From Rhynchopus sp. YZ270_cl-10 (Eukaryota), in contig OZ037843.1 of NCBI GenBank assembly GCA_964035575.1, positions 124,001-188,000 of the forward strand: a DNA stretch of 64,000 bases, in the 5' to 3' direction. The position numbers and the translations under genes were made by a program. The notes below the pieces were generated by a model. The model saw only the letters and a list, made by a program, of their open reading frames with translations. It was not told the DNA's origin and did not search any database. Shown in pieces: positions 58,801-64,000 of the stretch. The first letter of the stretch is position 1, and every line of letters starts with the position of its first letter.

Positions 58801-60103
58801 GGTTGCAGCATCCTCCTGCACACGGGGTGGTGGATCCCGGACCGTCAGGGAGGACAATCACCATCATGGTCTGGGAATCCTTGAAGGTGGCAATCCAGTC
58901 GCATGCACACTGGCATCCGCTTGCAGTGTAACGAGGCTTGTGGTTGCAGGTGACAGCACTCGAGATCTCCTCACACTCGTTCTTTCCAGTCGGCGGGGGA
59001 ACGTTCGTTGCAGGTGCGTCTGTCGGTGCAATGGTTGTGGCCACGCAAGTCGCCAGTGCCTGCTGTCCAGGTGTGCCGGTCTTGGGAGAGACACACTGAC
59101 ACTGCCAGTCATTATCAGTCATGTTGTTAGGGTCAACACAGATCTGTCCTCCGTCAGTGCAAATGTTGTTCTGGCTGTCGGGGATGCCAGGGATAGTGGC
59201 ACGTGGTGTGACACCACCAGTGGCGGGCACAGCTCCGGCAGCAAGACAGGTTTCACGTGCAGTGCTGCACCCACGCTGAGTGTTGAAATCGTTTGCTGCC
59301 GGGTAGCACCAGTCTCCACCTGCCTCGGAGTTCGGGTTGCAGCATCCTCCTGCACACGGGGTGGTGGATCCCGGACCGTCAGGGAGGACAATCACCATCA
59401 TGGTCTGGGAGTCCTTGAAGGTGGCAATCCAGTCGCATGCACACTGGCATCCGCTTGCAGTGTAACGAGGCTTGTGGTTGCAGGTGACGGCAGCCGAGAT
59501 CTCCTCACACTCGTTCTTTCCAGTCGGCGGGGGAACGTTCGTTGCAGGTGCGTCGGTCGGTGCAATGGTTGTGGCCACGCAAGTCGCCAGTGCCTGCTGT
59601 CCAGGTGTGCCGGTCTTGGGAGAGACACACTGACACTGCCAGTCTTCTGTCGAGACTGTGTTGGGGTCCACGCACAGCTGCCCTCCGTCAGTGCAGACGT
59701 TGTTCTGGTCGCTGGGAACGCCGGGAATAGCAGCACGTGGTGTGACACCACCAGTGGCGGGCACAGCTCCGGCAGCAAGACAGGTTTCACGTGCAGTGCC
59801 ACACCCACGCTGAGTGTTGAAGTCGTTTGCTGCCGGGTAGCACCAGTCTCCACCTGCCTCGGAGTTCGGGTTGCAGCATCCTGGTTTACACGGGGTGGTG
59901 GATCCCGGACCGTCAGGGAGGACAATCACCATCATGGTCTGGGAGTCCTTGAAGGTGGCAATCCAGTCGCATGCACACTGGCATCCGCTTGCGGTGTAAC
60001 GTGGGATGTGGTCACACGTGACGGCACTCGAGATCTCAAGGCACTCATCAATTCCGTTGACAAGCGCACTCCCTAGCAGAAGCACGGCCGCCCGCAGAAT
60101 CAT
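43864..60103 (-). CDS. Giant Cys-rich type-I membrane protein, copy 2 (~5,316 aa); exons 60103-45289, 45131-44781, 44733-44516, 44430-43864
   Basis: Near-identical to copy 1 with the same splice sites, plus one extra 534-bp module (seven N-terminal modules). Confidence 0.9.
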
Positions 60104-61371
60104 CTTAGCGAACCTGTGTCCTGTGTCGCTAATCTTGAAGGCTTTTGAAGCAGCGGTTTGTAGCAAGGAAACGCGCTGTGTCAGAAGGGTGGGTAGTATG
60201 TAGTATGTGTGTTGCTGTGGTGTGGTGTGGTCATGCAATGGGGTGGTGGGTGGTGGGTGACGGGTGGTGGGAAGCAATAATAAGAACAAATGAGCAAAGC
60301 TACAAGGAAAGAGGAAAGGATACGGAGACATTGGGTATGCCGTGTGGGGTCTGTCAGTACAGGTGCAAACGAACAGGAGAACGTGTCTCGAGCAGATAAT
60401 ATACTCAGGCGCGCAAAAACGCCTCTCTGCACCAGAGCAAAACCTTGTAAAAGATGCACCTGGTGTCTGTGTCTCTCTGCCAAAGATGGAGAGACAACCT
60501 TTTTTGTAAACAGCGTAACAAAAAAAAATAAAACTGTGGTACTCCTGAAAACCCCATTTTGCGTACTTTTTGCGTTGTTGCGTACTTGGTATTTTAATTT
60601 CTGGAGTACCAAAAACATGTAAGCACATGCCACAAGGCAGAAGTCCACCAGCCATCAAGCACCAGCCATCCTATGCACAACACCCTCTAGGCAGCAGCTC
60701 AATGCTAACAGCCCTTGACCTGGGTGGCACCGAGCAAAGCTGTCAGCCTTCCGCACACCACTGTCGCCTGCCACCGCTACAGCCTTGTTGTACTCCCAGT
60801 GTGCAGGCGTGGATAGGTGGGGCATATTGTTGCTGTGCGTTTTCTCATCATTCATCTTTCGATTATTTCGTGGGGTGTGTGCTATTTTGATGCCGGCGTC
60901 TGCGGCGTTTGCACTTTTGTTTGTCTTTATTTTGTGTGATGTCGTGCACCGCTTTTCAGGCTGATGAGCACCGAACCACTGCACAACAACGATGCAGTCA
61001 AACGGCTTCGCGACGTGCGTTGAAACGCCTCGTGGGGTCTACAGTGGGTCACTATTCTTTCCAAAGTTTCCAAGGGATCTTTTCCTATATTGCGTTCTTT
61101 CACTTAAAAGCTTCACGAAGGCGACAACAAAGCGCCACCCCATTGCTGAAAAAAGAGACACACAGGACTTTGCGTTCTCTCTCTTTCACGTGCACCATTG
61201 TATCCCAGGTGAAACATAGTTTTGTATCACAGGTTGTATCCAAAAAAATGCATTGTGCGGGTATAGTCAAGGTTCTTTTTCCAGTGTATGGGGGTCAGGG
61301 GGCGTTTGCATTTTCAACATTTGTGGCAGTGTGTGTTGCACGCTGTCGATTTATTAGTGACCATGTTTCGA

Positions 61372-61692
61372 TCACCCCCGCCTTTTTGAGGTGACAGCCG
61401 TGAAGCCGCTGCCCTCCACAGCACTGATGTCAGCCCCAGCCGCAAGCAGCGCGCGCACTGTGCGTACGTGGCCGTTCCACGCAGCCATGTGCAGTGCCGT
61501 GCCAGCCTCGTTCTGCCGGTCGATGCCTGCACGGTACGGGTAGTGCGCGTCCCTCTCGTGTGTGCAAAGGAGCGCTACCACGTCGTCCACACGGCCAGCC
61601 TCGGAAGCATGGATCAAAGCGTTGTCGCTAAGGCTGTTGCGAGAGGAGCAAGAGGAGAAGGAGGAGGTGGTGGTGGGGGAGGGGTGCAACAT
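61372..61692 (-). CDS. Short or truncated ankyrin-repeat protein, second copy
   Basis: Same translation as 41649-41969, at offset 19,723. Confidence 0.7.
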   Translation of the reverse strand: MLHPSPTTTSSFSSCSSRNSLSDNALIHASEAGRVDDVVALLCTHERDAHYPYRAGIDRQNEAGTALHMAAWNGHVRTVRALLAAGADISAVEGSGFTAVTSKRRG

Positions 61693-63194
61693 AGTTGCGT
61701 TGCCTGTTGCAGTGGTGTGGTGAGGATGTGCGAGGCAGAAGGTGGAGGGGCAGATGGAATTAAAAAAAAGTGCGTTATTTGAGCTGGAATCGACAACGTA
61801 TGTAAGGGGGGGGGCCCAGAACACAAAAATGATGGGACGCTGGACACACACGCGCATGTGGGGACTGAGACACATTCCCTGACTAACCCACACAGGGAAA
61901 GAAAATGAGAAGAAGTGAGCAAAATTTGCAACCTGGCCTTTGTGTACTACCGGGGGTGGGGATTTGTGTCATACAAAGTTCCCCCACAGACCCAGGACGC
62001 TGCCACTCTTGTGTTTTGTACGCAAACCAAGTTTGCGTACAAAAAACAAGAAATTGCTATCGAATAAAAACTGCAGTTGTTGGTGCAGGCACCTCCGACT
62101 GACACCTGTACGTTTTATTTCCCAACCCAACAACAACAATAAAGCGTGAAGACAATAAATAAAATCAAAGCGGAATAAATTTGAGGTTTTGTGAGGCACT
62201 CAACGAGTGTGCCGGCTCTGTGGCGTCACGGAGACACCAACACTCCCCAGTCATTTTTCCTGCGCTTCCAGGAAAACTCGCGTTTGCGACCAGGCCGAAA
62301 CGAAAAAATTTAATTCACAGCAAACAGGTGTGAGGGAGAAGAAAAGAAAGTGAACAAAAACAAAAAAACAATGTTTTTCTGAAATGTGATGTTGTTGGGG
62401 TGGGGAGAATAAAACAGTTCCAAGAAAAGCTCCTGTGTCGGTTATCTTTTGGTTAGAAAAAAAAAAAAAACGGGAGTACCGAAAGTACAGAAGCAAAAAC
62501 AAAGTACAAAAAAAAAGTTTGTAAATTGCGGAAGACGCAAAACAAACTCGCGAACTAAAAAAAGATTCTTTTCTGCGAAGTGGTGGTAATGGGGAGAATA
62601 AAACATTACGAAAAAAACCTCCACTCTCATTTCGCAAGCTTCATTTCCGTTTTGGTTTTCTCCTCACATTTCAAAAAAATATGCTATCATGGTGCTTTCG
62701 GAAGTCGGTCAACGACCTGTCAGCGACGTGTCAATATCAGGGGGGTGTGTATAGAGTCCCTGTGTCAGCGACCTGTCAATATCGACCCCTCCCGGAGCAC
62801 CGGATCATTTTTTTTTTTTTCTTCCCCGTTTGGGGGAATGCACTGGACCAGAACAATGGGGGGGGAAGACATAAGAGGAGTGGCTGCGCGCAAAAAAGAA
62901 GAAAAAAAAAAATAAAACAGGGAAGTGGAGAAGTGGATGATTGGGCTAAGGGGGAAGATGTGGGAGAGTAGAGGGGGAGGGAAACAATCGGAGGAATGGA
63001 TTCGTTCTCCTTTTGTTTGTGCGTAAAGTGTGCAATAAATATTCTGTGGTGATATTTTATTACTGCAGTACGCTCCCACTGACTACCTGGGCAGTGAAGA
63101 GGAACCCTCTTTGAGGCCAAAAAAAAATACAACCAAAAGACAAAATAGCTGAAAATAAAAGACCAATAATAGATAACTACGAAGCCCTCCTTAG

Positions 63195-63359
63195 GCATAC
63201 GTAGAAGGTGAATACATATCCGCCCTATATTCGGATTCGAATATAGGGCGAACACTGTGTTCCGTGTATTCCGTATTCGGGTGTATTCAGATCAATATTC
63301 GCCCTATATTCGGATTCGAAATAAATAGGGCGAATACGAAATTCGCCTTCTAGGCATGC
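63195..63359. mobile_element. 165-bp palindromic MITE, copy in unit 3
   Basis: Matches 43472-43636 at offset 19,723. Confidence 0.88.
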
Positions 63360-63586
63360 TTAGGGACGAAGACGGGACCCGATCTCACACGTTTGAAAAA
63401 ATCCGAGAAGAAAAAAAAAGAGAGAGAGAGAGAAGAAAGTGAAGTTATTAATGCAGAAGAAAACGTTAGATGAACAGACATCTTGCAAAATGCTTATAGA
63501 GATTTTTTTTAAATCACCGGTTTGCCTTTTTTTCTTCTCTCTCTCTCTCTCTTATTGTTCTGAAATAACCCCCAAAAAAAAATGTC

Positions 63587-64000
63587 TTAAATGTCGTCAT
63601 CTTTTCTGTTGGACATTTCTTCGTCCAACAGAGGCTCGCTCATTTGCTGTTCGGGGCTGTCCTTGACAAGCTCCGCGTCGTTCGTTTTCGCTTCGAAGTG
63701 CTCGTTCCACTTCTCGTCGTCGGCCTCGTTCTGGTTCTGGCGGCGCTTGCAGAGGAGGAAGGCGAGGAGGAGGCAACAGCAGCAGAGCAGCAGAAGGAGG
63801 GGAAGCAGCCAGCAGAGGATGCAGTCGTCGTCATCATCGCTGTCGCCGTCAATGGAGCCAGCGTTGCGTGTGATGTTCGTCGCGTTCTCACCCTCGGCGA
63901 AGCAAACTGCCGACTGCATTTGTCCGTTCTCACCGTGCATCGGCGCCACACACTGGCACACCCAGTCACCCTCCTTCGACTGGTCGGGGTCCACACACGT
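63587..64000 (-). CDS. 3' end (last exon, partial) of giant gene copy 3
   Basis: Encodes the same TM and tail as copy 2 (KWNEHFEAKTND...DDDI); runs off the window. Confidence 0.9.
   Translation of the reverse strand, partial: TCVDPDQSKEGDWVCQCVAPMHGENGQMQSAVCFAEGENATNITRNAGSIDGDSDDDDDCILCWLLPLLLLLCCCCLLLAFLLCKRRQNQNEADDEKWNEHFEAKTNDAELVKDSPEQQMSEPLLDEEMSNRKDDDI

Larger units (their letters stand above)
23721..64000. repeat. Large tandem array, unit ~19.2-19.7 kb (giant gene + ankyrin ORF + spacer), at least three units
   Basis: Stop codons at 24675, 43864 and 63587 (spacings 19,189 and 19,723); intergenic DNA is also duplicated. Confidence 0.95.

Noticed and set aside
1..64000. tRNA, rRNA or spliced-leader RNA genes
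   Set aside because: None recognisable by eye; a covariance-model scan would be needed to exclude them

Overview
This is eukaryotic protist genomic DNA. A diplonemid or other euglenozoan is plausible from gene families and intron style, but that is inference and unproven. All credible genes lie on the minus strand. (1) 2.7-13.5 kb holds a tandem pair of 2TM-HAMP-class III nucleotide-cyclase-like receptors with degenerate catalytic residues. The left copy has one in-frame TGA exactly where its paralog has a Cys codon (TGC). (2) 13.5-23.7 kb is a homopolymer-rich non-coding stretch full of MITEs and short hairpin repeats. (3) 23.7-64 kb is a near-identical tandem array with periods of 19,189 and 19,723 bp. 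Each unit has a giant (~5,138 / ~5,316 aa) Cys-rich type-I membrane protein gene and a short ankyrin-repeat ORF. The giant protein has a signal peptide, EGF-like repeats, kringle-like inserts, a Cys-rich TM segment and three short GT-AG introns near the 3' end. The two complete copies differ by one 534-bp internal module, and a third copy runs off the window end. Several non-autonomous DNA transposons with clear TIRs and TSDs and a perfect 7-bp satellite are also present.
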